64,000 bases of DNA, from assembly GCF_036321535.1 (NCBI RefSeq), contig NC_087436.1:92692001-92756000 (forward strand), in the 5' to 3' direction. A program made the translations under genes and the position numbers. This DNA comes from Camelus dromedarius. Taxonomy: Eukaryota. Under the pieces are notes generated by a model, which worked only from the letters and a program-made list of their open reading frames with translations, did no database searches and was not told the DNA's origin. Each line of letters begins with the position of its first letter. The stretch's first letter is position 1. Positions 1-13,299 of the stretch are shown in pieces.

Positions 1-498
1 CTTCTGAAACTCCCTTCACATATTGCTGTATTCGAGCCCTGTCACAACCAGGTATGAGACAGCAAAGAGTCGGACAGAATCTAGGTTTAAATCCTGGTTC
101 TGCCATTTACTAAAAATACGAGTTTAGGCCAAATATATTAACACTCCAAGCATCAGTGTCCGCATCTATGAAACGGGAATAAGAATATATTTCTCAGTGA
201 CATGAAAGGATGCGAGTAGGTGAAGTGTAGGTGTGGCACATCACACACGGTGAGGAGGCATCAGTTACTAGTTCCTCTTTACAAAGGAGGACAGTGCGAC
301 CCACTGAGGTGCACAAACGTCCCCAAGGATGCGACCTCATCAGCTTCATACGCTTGATTTTTAAGGAAAGTAAAAAGGGCAAATAATGGAATTACTGAGG
401 CTGGGGCTTAATCATGGTTAATCAGATCAAACCAATGTCTCGTACCTCTGGGAAGGATCTAAAAATCAAGTCATACAGCATAATATGAAATAAACCCA

Positions 499-662
499 GC
501 AGTGCTCCTCAAAGCTTAAAGTGCATATGAATCACCTGGGGAACTGTTAAAATGCAGATTCAGATTCCCTGGGGTGGGGGTTGAGAGCCTGCATTTCTCA
601 CAAGCTCCCAGATGCTCCCCCAGGCTCCTGCTACCTGCATACCACACTGTGAGTAGCAAGGC
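499..662. mobile_element. MER5-like hAT MITE
   Basis: CAGTGCTCCTCAAAG...GAATCACCTGGGGAACTGTTAAAATGCAGATTC...CTGCATTTCTCACAAGCTCCCAGATG...ACCACACTGTGAGTAGCAAGG. Confidence 0.8.
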
Positions 663-899
663 TTTAAAGCACCACACAGAATATTGGGCATCACTCTAAG
701 GATGACACCATTATGGTGAAACATAGAACCGTCTCATTCCTGGGGTCCATGCAATGATTTCCCCGAAGTACTGTGATTTTCTCGCATTGTCTTTTTAATG
801 TCACAAAGTCATACTTTGACCCTGATAATGATCAGGATAAACACCTCTGAATAAAGATCCTCGGGCCCCTGTAGGCAATGTCTTTACGCTTAGTGCCAT

Positions 900-1310
900 A
901 TTGTTTGTAGTTGCCTTAGCTTTTCTCCTCTTTAATCTGTCAACAAGTCAGAGAACCAGACTCACATCAAAGCCAATTTTAATTCATTTTGTACAATTTC
1001 AAAAGATACTATTTCCAAGGGCTCTGCTAACTTCAAAAATAATATTCATTACCTGGCCATTGAAGGAAACTGCTCTCAGGATATTGTACACCAACGTCCT
1101 CTAATTTGGTAATTCTATCAGGAAAAGCAATTAAGTTTGTCTGACATGACTTGTTTTTATAAATCCATGATGCTTACTGCTCTTAATTTAATTCTCCTCT
1201 TACCACTTATAATTTCATTCTCATCTGACAGTTCATATTTTCTCTCTGAATGATTTTTCCCCCTTTTATGTTACTAATCACAGAAAACTCAGTGAGTAAT
1301 GTCAGCCTTT
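900..1310 (-). mobile_element. L3/CR1 LINE reverse transcriptase fossil
   Basis: Minus strand ~1175-1100 reads HGFIK-(frameshift)-KSCQTNLIAFPDRITKL, matching the CR1 RT motif QHGFxKxKSCxTNLIxFxDxVT. Confidence 0.75.
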
Positions 1311-2299
1311 GGGTAGGAAAGAGACTGGAAAAATGATGGGCAGTGCACAGGCTTCCCTCAGGGAGGGCAGGAATTTTGTTCCTTATGATCCCCGCAGCCC
1401 CTGGAGCACTGCTTTGCACACAGATGGTGCTCAGTAAATGCCTGCTATCAGGTGTCGTGCCAGGCACTGCAAAGAAGGCTGACCCAGGCCTTTCCCCATG
1501 TTTCATGTTAGTCAGCAGGCAGACATTTAAAAAAACATTACACAGCAATCTAGGGGGGAAATGGTATTGTGACAGGATTCCCGGTGAAGACTAGACCTTA
1601 AAATTTTACGTTATTTTCAATGCTGGAAAAACATTCAAATGCTGACAGCAGGTTCTGTCTTATTGACTGGAGACTTGAATTGCCTGTGATAACGTGTGAG
1701 TTACAGTAGCACAAATGAGAAGATGGTCGACTGTCCTGGAAAAGATGGGGTCGGGGAGATGACGGGGAGAAGTCACCTGATGAGTCTCGAAGGATGAGCT
1801 GTGGTCAGAGGACAAGGAGGTAAGAACACATTTTCGACACAGGGAGGAGGGTGTGCAAAGCCACAGACTCGTGCAAGTGGGTGGTATGTTCAGGGAAGAA
1901 AAGGCATTTGCTCAGGAACATGGGGCTCAATGGGGAAGCAGCCAAAGACGGATTCGATTGAGCCGGGAGCCAGATCCTGGGGGACCTCGTGTGCTGAGAT
2001 TAGAAACATAAACAATAGGCAATAGGCAGACACTAAATGTGTTCTGAGAAGGAGTGAGATGATAAGATGTGTGCTATGAGAAAAATTAATACTGACTGAA
2101 ATAATTTAAGGGATAGATTTGATGGGGACAAGAGTGGATGCAGGAAAACAGGAGATGATTGCCATTGTCTAGGTAAATGGGAACGAGGGTTTGAAGCAAC
2201 GCCTACTAACAGGGACAGCTGCCATGTTCGATGTCCTTACAGCTACCATGTTCAATGTTCTTACAGTGAGGAGGCACAGAGCCAACACGTTGCAAACAT

Positions 2300-2752
2300 C
2301 ATCTAATCATTTGACAACTGCAGGTATCGTATATAAATGGAATCATACAATATTTGTCCTTTTGTGACTGACTTATTTCAGTTAGCATAATGCTTTCAAG
2401 GTTCATCCACGTTGCAGCATACATCAGGATTTTCTTCCTTTTTAAGCCTGAATAATATTCCACTGTACAAATACAGCACACAGTGTCTATATAAAGTACC
2501 TGCAGCAATCAAATTCATAGAAGCAGAAAGCAAAATGGTGGCTGACAGGAGCCAGGGGCAAACGGGACTGGGAAGTTACTGTCTAAGTGGTACAGACCTT
2601 CCGTCTGGGAAGATGAAAACTGTTCTAGAGATGGACAGTGGTGATCGTTCCATAACACTGTGAATGTATTTAACGCCAGACAACTGTAGGCTTAAAAATG
2701 ATTAAAATGGTAACTTTTATGTTACGTACATTTTATTATGATAAAAAAAAAA
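2300..2752. mobile_element. Old L1 (L1M type) 3' end with 5' inversion
   Basis: 2300-2470 is L1 on the minus strand (TGGATGAACCTTGAAAGCATTATGCTAACTGAAATAAGTCAG); 2488-2752 is the adjoining L1 sequence on the plus strand ending in poly(A). Confidence 0.85.
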
Positions 2753-3329
2753 GTACTGGAGAAAAATGAGTCTATTTTCTTTCAAGATGACCCAAGAGAG
2801 AAAAGGTTTGATTGTAAAGGGCTAGAGATGAACAGTTTTTCAAAAAAGAAGTATTTCTAGATAGAAAAGACACTTCATGGCACCACAGCTGACACTACTT
2901 CTAGTACTGTTACTACTACTAGCGCTGCTACGGTTACTATCATTTACTGAGTGTTTATTATTTTGCAGCCATGTGAAGTATTTTATATACATTTTTTTCA
3001 TTTTCAAAAATGTTGTAAAAGTAAGAATGGCTATCCCTAGTTTACAGATAAGGAAGTCAGGGCTCAGAGAGGTCACGTAAATTGCAAGAGTTGCAAGGAA
3101 TAAGAGGCAGAGCGAGGCTTCAGATCCACAGCCCCTGTCTCCTGAACCCGTACTCTCAAACACTCTGCCACGGGGGATTCAACTACCACGCAAGGCTTCC
3201 ATTGGGAATATGTGTGGCCTTATCCAGAAAACTACTTACATAGGCAATTGTCCTGTTACTTAAGGTGGGAATAATCCCCACTGAGAACTAATCAACCAGT
3301 ATTTCTTTCCTGTGTATTTCTTAGTAGAA

Positions 3330-3575
3330 ACACTGTAGAGTAGTGGTTATAATATGGGTCCTGCAGTGAGGCTGCCTGGGTTTCCTCCCTGGTTTTGCCC
3401 TTCTAGTTGGTTAACTTTAGAAAAGTTATTTAGTCTGTTTGAGCCTTAATTTCCTCACCTGAAAATGGGGATGATAACATCTTACTAAATTGTTATTAGG
3501 GTTAGATGAATTAATAAATGTAAAAAACATAGGATGGTGCCTGGCCAATAGAAAAATTACATTAGCATTAGCTAT
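3330..3575 (+). mobile_element. MIR SINE
   Basis: Core GAGCCTTAATTTCCTCACCTGAAAATGGGGATGATAA; similar MIRs at ~75-250 and 2930-3170. Confidence 0.8.
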
Positions 3576-4364
3576 GTGGTTTTTACTAGTTTAACTCCCT
3601 TTGCGCTGAATGCTGGCAAAATCCTTCAACTGGATTGTCAACACTGAGGAATACATTTGGAATATTTGAAGATGCTTCCAAAGTTTCGATGTATTGTCAG
3701 GGCCCATCTCCAACCTCCTCTCTTCAGCACACCAGTGGTGACCCTGAGGAAAGAATTCAAGAAAAGAACCTACCATGTGCAAAGCACCATGCTAGGAACT
3801 AAGAAGATGAAGATTTCATCTGGATCCTTGAAGAGACTCCATCTGGTCAGAGAGATGGGCATAAATAACTAACCAAGATAGAATACAGTGCTACAGAGTA
3901 TGAAATGGCGGTGCTTACACGATCACCAAGACAGATTTGGAAATGATAAAGTTGCCGGGGTTCTTACTCTGTCCTTTACAATATCTCATTACCTTATAGA
4001 TTCTCAGACTAGGAAGGCATCTCCAAAGTCAACAACTGAGCCCAAACTTTACTTCATGGAAGCCCACAGGCTGCCCCTTAAGAAATTGCATCATGACTTA
4101 AGACCCAGTTTTGAGTCTTTCTTCCCTTGAATGGATCTGGATTTAACAGAAACAAAACGACCTTCAAAAATAGAAATTCAAGGTAGTTATTTCACAGAGG
4201 ACAACTCCAGGATATACGTAGAGAAGAATGTCTTTGTCAGTGGTTTGAGAAGAATCTCCCCCACTACTTGTCTTTGTGCCCAGGGAGAAGACAACCCAGG
4301 CTCTCCTCCAGAGCACGGCAGTTCCAAGCGGCAGCAGAGCATAGTAAAATCATACATACGGGCC

Positions 4365-4830
4365 ACTGATGTGTACACAAATGCTCTTAGCAGCAGTATT
4401 TGTGAGACCCAAACACTGGAAACAACCCAAATATACGAGTCACAATAGAATGATAAATGAAATGTGGTATATTCACACAATGAAATACATAGCAATAAAA
4501 AAGAACAAAGTATAGCCACATTCAACAGTATAGATGGATGTCACAGACATAATTTTAAACAATAGAAGCTAGACACAAAAGAATGTATATTCTATGACTC
4601 CATTTATAAAATCTAAAACAGGCAAAACTAATCTGTGCATTAGAAGTCAGGAGAGTGGTTTACCTCTGGACTGGGAGGAGGAGGAACTGGCTGGGAAGGT
4701 GAAGTAAGAAATCTTCTAGATCCTGGTAAGGCTCTACTTGTTGACTTGTGTGTTCATTTTGTAATAATTCATTAAGGTGTACACTGGTGCAGTTTTCTTT
4801 ATACATACTTTGGTGTAATTGGTTTATTTA
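4365..4830 (+). mobile_element. Old L1M 3' fragment
   Basis: CCCAAACACTGGAAACAACCCAAAT...TGTGGTATATTCACACAATGAAATAC...CAGGCAAAACTAATCT. Confidence 0.75.
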
Positions 4831-6074
4831 GAAAGGAGGAGAGAATTTGCAAGAAAGAATCTTAACCCAAAGCAAAATAACCATGCACAACTGGATCAGG
4901 TTGCTTGCCTTGTCAAACACTTATAATGGTCCCCGTTGCCCACACAATCAAGGTTAAGCTCCTCAGCATGGAGTATCAGAAGGTTCTTTAAGTTCCCAAA
5001 GAGTAATACACCTCCTCTTCTTCTAACTGGTATCTGTACTCACTGTCATCCACCAAGGCAAGGAGACAGATGCTACCATCCATGTGGCAGAATTTTATTT
5101 TTTATTACCTCAGAGGCAGCTGGTCTCCCTGTATTCAACCATGGTTTCTTCCTTTGGCTCACACAATAATCACTGACCCAGTCATTTCTGGTCAGGCTTA
5201 GTTTGCAAGCAAGTTTACCCACTTAACAGCTAAAATATACAAGAAGTATCATACGAGTCAACAGCATGATGTAGACACCAGAAATGTTGTCATAGAAGTA
5301 CAGTATCTCTGTCTAGAGAGGTGAAGGTCCCGGGTGTCTCCTTTGCTGATTAGACTGCGCCTGGGGTGTAGGTCTGGGCACCATGCTGTGAAAAGGATGG
5401 AAATCAACCCGACATGACCATCGGAGAGAGGCCATGATGACGAAAGAACTTGAATCCACATCATGGAAACAATGGCTGAAAGCGTATCTTCCCAATCTGT
5501 GTGCCTTGGCATCCTGGTGTGCTCCAAATGGTTTAAAGCTGTGTCTGGAAGTGAATGATCAGCCCTTGAGCAGGACTTGGGACAGCTGAAGACCCCAAGC
5601 TAGCCATTTGTGGCCAAGACAGCCCTGATAGGGGCTCTACATTGCCCAACAGTGGGCCTGAGGATGCCTTTCATGGTCCCCCCGGGGAAAGCACAAAAAG
5701 TGACTCCTGGCACTCACTCTCATCCCGGAAACACTGAGCACAGGCAAGAAGATTCTGTACACCTGCGACATCTACCTTGTCAACCAGAGGCAGAGCACAC
5801 TGCTGCCTATGCTGACAGTGAGGCCGAGGAGCTGCTGCTGACATAGTTCATATTCCAGGTGCCCAAAGAGCACGGTGTGCTACCCTAAGTGCTGCCAGCT
5901 GGAGGCAGCGGGTGGGGGCGGGGGCTGGCAGGGGCTCCAGGGGATGTCGTTGTGGTGCTGCCCAGAGCCTTCCTTCACACATAACAACCACTTTCCTCCC
6001 TGTGCCTCCCCAGGAGGCATCCGTACCACCTGGTGGGTGCTCTAACAACACACATGCATTCTGCAAAATACAGC

Positions 6075-6642
6075 TTCGGTATATTTTGAAATACTTAATA
6101 TGAGAAACTTTGACTGGATTAGAAACCCTTTCTCACCAGCATTAGAAATTTTAATATTATATTTGTTAATGAAAGTAAAGAAAGAGCTGTTAGAGTCTTT
6201 AACTATAACTTCAACTATTACACATTTTTGAATGTTGTAAAAAATGGTATTAAATTTTTAATCACAGCTCCTTGTCCATCATGAGTATCAAGAATTTGAA
6301 GAAACTATCATTAACAAGTCTTGATCAGGAATTACATGTAGCCACTGCAAATGTAAAACCTGATATTAAAGGTTATATTCATGGAATCAAGCTAAGTTTC
6401 ACTACAAGCTTTATAAAAGATTTTACTTGGAAGCTTTATACCAAGTCAATATTTAATATCCTCCCTAATATTTTATATTTTATTTTCATGTCATAATTAT
6501 ACACTACTACAAAGAAAAATGTAATGAATTTTTCACTAATCCCCAGACAGACATCCCTAATTCACTTCGTGTCCACCCCAGGGTGCCATGCAAATAGTAT
6601 TTTCCATATCTCCCTTGGAGTTCAAAACTTTGGGGAACATTG
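6075..6642 (+). mobile_element. hAT-Charlie/Buster-type DNA transposon 3' fossil with transposase C-terminal remnant
   Basis: 6082-6231 reads YFEILNMRNFDWIRNPFS...KKELLESL; 6272 onward reads LSIMSIKNLKKLSLTSLDQELHVATANVKPDIK (hAT dimerisation-domain-like); ends AAAACTTTGGGGAACATTG like a Charlie TIR. Confidence 0.7.
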
Positions 6643-9600
6643 GTAGAAAACAGATGTTAATGTAGGAGAAACACCATGGAAAACCAAATTGGAAGAACAG
6701 TCATCGGGGACGAAAACTCAGTTTTTCAGAGTGTCCCCAGAGGGGTGAACTTGGACCCCTAGTGAAGGCTCCAGGAAGATGGATTTCAGTCAGATCTTGA
6801 GAGTCAGCTCTGCCCAAAGAGAGGCCGTGGATACTCCAGCAGAGTCTGCCTAACCACTTGTCAGAACATCATGGGTGGAGATTCAAACTTCAGAGCATGA
6901 CTGGCCTGTGGAAACTGTAAAACCTCTTCTGACCTTTAGATTCCATGATCCTGTACCAGCCAGCTCAGGAAGGCTTCTGGCCTCGCCCTCCTTGACATTT
7001 CTTAAATTCTCAGTATGGAAAGACAAGCAGTCATCCAGGAGTGTAAATAAAAAGGCAGCGGCGTGCCGTGCCTGGCAGAAAGATGTTGAAATAAGATTGA
7101 TATGATGTACACAGAAGCATCTCTACATCCACTGCCTTTCCCCTTGAGGAATACGTGTGGGGAGACAGAAGACGCTGACCATGGCTGAGGGTTCTAGACT
7201 TTACTAAACCACCCCCTGACTACTAGATACTGGGAAAACAGATTCCCTATTTAGCTTTCTTATCAGTACAAACAGTGGTGATGAGGTGGGGAGGCTTAGT
7301 TAATTTCTAAGGGTCTTCTCAGCTGTAAATTTTTAATCTGAGGTTGTAGATATAACTTCTCTTAATTTAATTGTTCCAAAGAATATGGAACGGCCTCTCT
7401 CTCACAGGGTGGTAGTTCCATTTATTTCAATATTTACTAAATAAACATACATTCTATGTCAGGCTCAGTGATGGACACAAATATATCAAACTTTAGTAGA
7501 AAAGGCAGACTACAAAAAGGCAGGTTAAAGGACAGTGTACCCAGAGAGACCCTGGAAGCACCTACAGGTGCTGAAGTTACTCTCAAGCTATATGGGGAAA
7601 TGATGTGCAAGAACAAAACCAAGATGGTGACTATTAGGAAAAGAAAATAAACTCTCCCACCCAATCTTGTCCCCCATAGCAGTACAGCAATCACTATATG
7701 TGCCTTGAACAAAAACCATGCTAGACAGACAATAGCTACTTCATGACCCAGGGCTTCCCTAGAGGGACAGGAAATAAAAGAGTGGAGACTGAGCAACAAA
7801 TAAGCATGGGTGGCACCAACAGATGAGGTACCATCTGTTCACCTGAAACAAAACAGAGAAGAATTCCTGAAAGCTTACTGATGTAGTTTTAGGGCTCCAG
7901 GAGGTTGAATACAGATGCACACATGTTCGCCAAGACCTTGTTAGCTAAAACCTTATTAGCCTACTTGGGACACAGAATACAGTGACAGTGCATGAATTTT
8001 GCAGACCGAGGTCATCCAAGAATTCCGTGTGCAAATTCAGTTCACCCGTATTAATGTACGTGGTATCTTCTGTTCATTCACCAAGTTAATGTAATCGTGT
8101 AACAATTTTGCCATAACAGTATTTGTTCTATATGCCATATAATCCCAAAAATGCTGGGAAAGAGAGCTGTTCCACTGGCAGAGTTCTTTGAAACAAATTA
8201 TCTAGGATAATTGTTCATTATCCATGAACAATTAAATGGAAAGAGGATGAGTTTCATAAAATGAGAAAGACCCAGTTCCTGCAGTCATAGAATTCAAACG
8301 CTAACTGAGTGCACAGACTTGGATTCAACTACAATGTGAAAATATTGTGAGAATTAAACAGGTAACAAATGTTGAGGGTGTGGTAAACACTAAATCACAA
8401 TATATATTACATAAAAGGTGCATCAGTATTAGTAGTAGCAGTGGTGGTAGTATCACAGAGCAGTTCCTGATTTAGACCAACTTCCCTACGATGAAGGGGC
8501 ATCATCTTTCTCGCAGATCATTTGCATAGCATTTAAACAGCGTCTGTTTCTAAAAGTCATTATTCTAGGCAAGGCTATGTTTGTCACTCCATCCTTTTAA
8601 CCAAGCATTCTAACACCACTTCCGTCCCTTAAAAAATCCCCAGTTTTCCCCCATTTTGAATGTCTCTTTGTTGTTTATTCCTCTGCTCTCACACAGAACT
8701 TGTCTGAAAGGTCTGGGTGCTTTCAATCGGGCCTTATCAGAGATCATGGTTATTGGAACTCTCTGTATTTTATAGCTTCCATCTCATTAATGCCAGCACT
8801 AATTTGTGGTCCAATCCAATACCACTCCCATAAGATCTGCATGAATACACACTGGATTTCCATCTGCCATTCAACAAGCATGAAGTCCTTTATGTTCATT
8901 ATTAGCCAATCAACAGCCCCAGTTTTCTTTTCCCCTCTGCATTTTTTTCCACAGTGAAATCATTTTGTTATTATCCCAAAGCAGTGGCTTGGTAGGAAAT
9001 ATTAGAAAAAACAATTACAATAACCTGCCTCTCCTTCTTTTCTCCAGCAAATGCAACTATTTTAACCTGGAAACTCCAAACTGAGTCGCCAATTGGTGAA
9101 AATGCTTTTTCCCTATAATAGCTCTTACCTGGATATATCTTATGGTATATCATCAAACGGGCTTATCTTTTTACCTAAGAGAAGCAGAAGGGCTGTTGTG
9201 ATAAAAACTAACTCATGCTCCAGCAGAGAATCAAACCAGGCTGTCAAACCCAAGTGGACTGATGGATTCAATGCCATATGTAGCAAGGTGACCTTATTTT
9301 GATGCCCACCATTTTCTTTTCCTGAAAACTAAGGACTAGGGTCATTATCATGGAATTCTCTTTTGTTCACTTTACATGGTTAAATTATTTCCCTTTCACA
9401 TCATTTCAATCCCATGCATCATCACCAAAAGTATTCCAGGCTGCTGTAATGTTCTGTGTTTCCTGTTCCAACTAATGCCTTGTCCTTCAAGTTCCTCATG
9501 TGACTTTCTGGTCTGCAACAAACTTCAATGGCAAAATGGGTTCAAGTAGGCTTGGCTATTCGTATTTTGAGATAAAGTAAAACTAAAGTGAAAGTTAGTA

Positions 9601-9804
9601 AATAAAAGGAAACAATAAATTGCATAGTGTCTAGTTCAGCCAGAAGACCTAGTAAATTTCAAGAGGGGTCTTTTTTTTTTTGTCCTTTCCTTTTTAATGA
9701 ACAAAGACAGTAAATCTCAGAAGTGGGTAGTTTCTCATACAACAAGGACCTGAGATCTGTTTTTTTTTTTTTTCCTACCTCCCACTGAGACCTGGTTCCA
9801 TGGT

Positions 9805-10190
9805 TGTGTTCCCCAGGAAGCAGATTCTAAGATGATGATTTAGGTGTGGAGGTACTTTTGGGAACGCCCTTGGCTCAGCACCTGTGGAGGGAAGGAGAGG
9901 AAGCGGGGCTGGGCAGGGGGAGAAACTGGGTTATGGTGCAGGCACAGCAAGGTCTCAGCCAACCCCACAGGAAGTCGAGAGCAGGAAGGCCCTTCAGAGT
10001 TGTCCCAGTTAGGGGAGGGGAATGGGGCTTTTATAGCAGCATCATGGGATGCAGGCTGCTCCCAAAGAGGGAATGGGGCTCTCTCCCCACCTGATGGCAA
10101 TTCCCAGAGAGACATTAGCCAACAACCTTCCTAGCACCTAAGAGATTAAGCCCTTTAGTCCTGAACGAGGGATCTAGGTGATGCAGCAAA
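9805..10190. mobile_element. MLT1-type LTR (old MaLR)
   Basis: TTCCCCAGGAAGCAGATTCTAAGATG...GGGCTGGGCAGGGGGAGAA...GGTCTCAGCCAACCCCACAGG. Confidence 0.65.
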
Positions 10191-11023
10191 GCACAAGGTA
10201 ACCCCATGTAATAGGAAATTTCTGATTAACACCTTAAACTGAAACAGATTCCATGAGAAGATGTTTTGCCAAAGTTCTTTAAATCCTATTTGTAATGTTG
10301 GCACCAACAGCTGCTAATCAGTTTACTCTTCATGGGTTCAAAAATATATATTCATCCCTATTTTCATAAAGAACAAAAAGAAAGTGAAGAACCGGGTTTA
10401 GTTGTCAGGTCAGTACATTTGCGCCTTGAAGTGACACTAAAACTTTCTAAGACTCTGCTTCTCCACCAACAAAACAAGGAGAACACTATTTACTGTATCT
10501 CCCTCCTTGGATTACTAAAAGAGGCCATGAATAGACAATAAAATGATACACAGATAGAGCTTCTAATATTTGTCACAGACCAAGAGTTCAAATATATATA
10601 TATATGTTGAATGGATAAAGGAGTATGATTCCAATTCCCCAACAGCCCACCAAGAGCCCGTGACCCAGGGCTTCCTTCCAGCACACGGCCAGTCTGGTCT
10701 CTCATCCAGCAGCTTCTGGAAGGGACAGGTAGGACTTGGTGTGCAGCAGGAGCACACCCCCTACTGTGACAAACAGCACAGCACAAAGACGAGCATCCGC
10801 TCTACCCTGACGTCATGACTTTCGGCTGGCGAACAGGAGAGGTCTCCAGGAGCCACTGCTATCATTGCCTGGATGAGTCTAAAATATAGCTTTCTATCAA
10901 TTATGCCTAAACAAAAATTATTTTTATGATAGACGCACTCCAGTGTTCAAGTGGAAAATATTAAACAAGCTCACCCAGCAAGCCAACTTGTTTTCAGGAA
11001 TCTTGAAAACATTATCATGTGAT

Positions 11024-11278
11024 GTGGGTTGCAGTCCTTTATCCGCAATTCCAAAATCCAAAAGGCTTTGAAATTCAAGATTTCCTGAAATCATTTGGTT
11101 GCAAAAACTGACCTGAACCAATAGGAGGTTGTTTAGGATTTTTATTTACTCCTCTTAGTACATTTCACTGCATAAATATGAGTGTGTTTGATTATCAGGA
11201 GCTACCCAGCCCCTGCTGGTGATGTTAGCATACAGTGTGTGCTATGTAGGCTTCAGATATGGGACTACAGTAGGCCTA
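11024..11278. mobile_element. MER46C-like Tigger MITE
   Basis: CCTTTATCCGCAATTCCAAAATCCAAAAGGCT...CAAAAACTGACCTGAAC...GTGTTTGATTA matches recalled consensus. Confidence 0.7.
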
Positions 11279-11284
11279 TAATAA

Positions 11285-11520
11285 TTGCCAAAACTTATTA
11301 AGAAGTTGCTATGTATCAGAATCTATTCTAAATGCTTTGTGTCTATTATCTCAGTTAATCCTCACAGAACCTTACAAAGTACATCTGAGCATCTTTTCCA
11401 TTTTACATGAGAAAACTGAGGCACAGGAAGGTAAATAAGCTATTAAGTCACACAGCAAGTAAGTGGTGGAACCGGGGACTGAAACCAAGTGGTCTGACTC
11501 CAGAGCCTGCCTCTTCCCTC
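11285..11520 (-). mobile_element. MIR SINE
   Basis: CATTTTACATGAGAAAACTGAGGCACAG...AAGTCACACAGCAAGTAAGTGG. Confidence 0.8.
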
Positions 11521-11639
11521 TGCAGCAAACTCATCTTGGCAAATCCTACAGGAGTCGGCAACAGGCAAAAACTACTAGCCCCGTAGGAGACATACTGAAA
11601 ATCTGCGGCGACTAAGGTGTTCAATAATTTCTACTTGAA

Positions 11640-12248
11640 TTAGTTAGGGTATATATTTTATGGGGGCTGGAAAATCCAAAATCTTGAAATCTGCAGTCTG
11701 CCAGCAAGCTGGGGACCTAGGGAAGGGTTGATGTCTTTTTAATCTTAAGGCCTTTGACTGATTAGATAAGGCCCACCCAATTAAGGAGGATAATCTGCTT
11801 TACTCAAAGTCTATTGATTTGAATGTTAATCACAGTTTTTCAGAAACAGACTCACAGACATAGAAAACAAACTTATGGTTACCAGGGGGCAAGGAGGTGG
11901 GAAGGGATAAATTGAGAGCTCAAGATTTGCAGATACTGACTGGTATATAAATAGATAAACAAGTTTATACTGTATAGCACAGGGAACTATATTCAATATC
12001 TTGTAGTAGCTTACAGTGAAAAAGAATATGAAAACGAATATATGTACGTTCATGTATGACTGAAGCATTTTGCTGTACACCATAAATTGACACATTGTAA
12101 ACTGACTATACTTCAATAAAATAATTAATTAATTAAAAAATGTTCGCAACAGTTTTTAAATACTTTCAAAGAGACATCTAGACTGGTATTTGACCAAATA
12201 TTTGGGTACCATAGCCTAACCAAGTTGACACATAAAATTAACCATCAT
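11640..12248. mobile_element. MLT2-type ERVL LTR interrupted by L1
   Basis: GACTGATTAGATAAGGCCCACCCA...GATAATCTGCTTTACTCAAAGTC and terminus CCAAGTTGACACATAAAATTAACCATCA. Confidence 0.8.
11841..12138 (+). mobile_element. 5'-truncated L1 3' end (artiodactyl/camelid type) nested in an MLT2 LTR
   Basis: CAGAAACAGACTCACAGACATAGAAAACAAACTTATGG...GTATAGCACAGGGAACTATATTCAATATCTTG...AATAAA tail; degenerate TSD AATGTTnnnnACAGTTTTT at 11822 and 12139. Confidence 0.9.
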
Positions 12249-13299
12249 CTACTCTTAAAATTATCCAGTCTAAACTGAGTCTGTTAATGCTCAACATTAC
12301 AGTTTTATGGGACTGCAAACTAAGTACTCAAGCAGATAACCCAATGCCGCCCCTGGAGAAAAAGATGCTCCTGATCGTAGGCCCCCTACAACCCACCCCT
12401 GTACAGAAAGGGTAGTGAGTTGATAAGATACAAGCTGGGCCCCTCACTTCTTACCAGAAGGCTGCCTCCCACACCTGTGACATTGCATTTGTTAGCACTG
12501 TTTGGCTTATAAGTGACAGAAATCCAGCTTTACCAGAACAAGCAAATAAGGCTTTATTATCAGGATGCTGGGAGCAATGAAGATAGTCAGAGACTCTCCC
12601 CTTTCAGTGCCTAAAGTCACATGATTAGCAGAAATTTCACCAATATCCACCAAACAAGAGGAGGCAGGAAGGGATGAAGCAGAAGTTTTTGGCCTAGCAC
12701 AGCTCCCAAATATGACCCCATCCCCTCCAGCTGAACCACCACCCACCCTGGCCCACCAGGTACAGTAACGGGGAATCAAAAAAGTCCTAAACTGTAACTC
12801 CTTTATTCAGAATCAGGAGAGAAGTGAATTGAAGGAATATCTTTATATTTTCCTCTTGTTACCAGAAGGGAATAGCAATGCCTCCCAAAAGAAATGGGAG
12901 AGAACAGAAAACAGTGGATGAATGAGATAGGAGGAGACATCCTGGGCCCAATTTCTCTGCCAGAAACAAAGGCTTCAGGGGGGCCCTTCAGTGAATCGAG
13001 GCCTGGGGATAAGGTTGGGGTGGAATCATCTGGAGCCAGGGACCTTAACACAGGCATGTGACCCACCCCAACTAGCTGGGGTGAACACTTGTAGAGCACA
13101 GTTGACAAAATCAGAATACAGAACAAAACATGGGCCTTCCAGTGAGGATCTCCCACAGCTTCAGCACACCTGCCCTCTCTTTTACCCACTCTCAGGGTTA
13201 AGGGAAAAAAAGGAAAGAAAACAAAATGCCCAGCCTTCAAATAGCACAGAGTAGGAAATGATGAGTTTTCAGACACAGTGGACAGGAAGGGTCAAAGGG

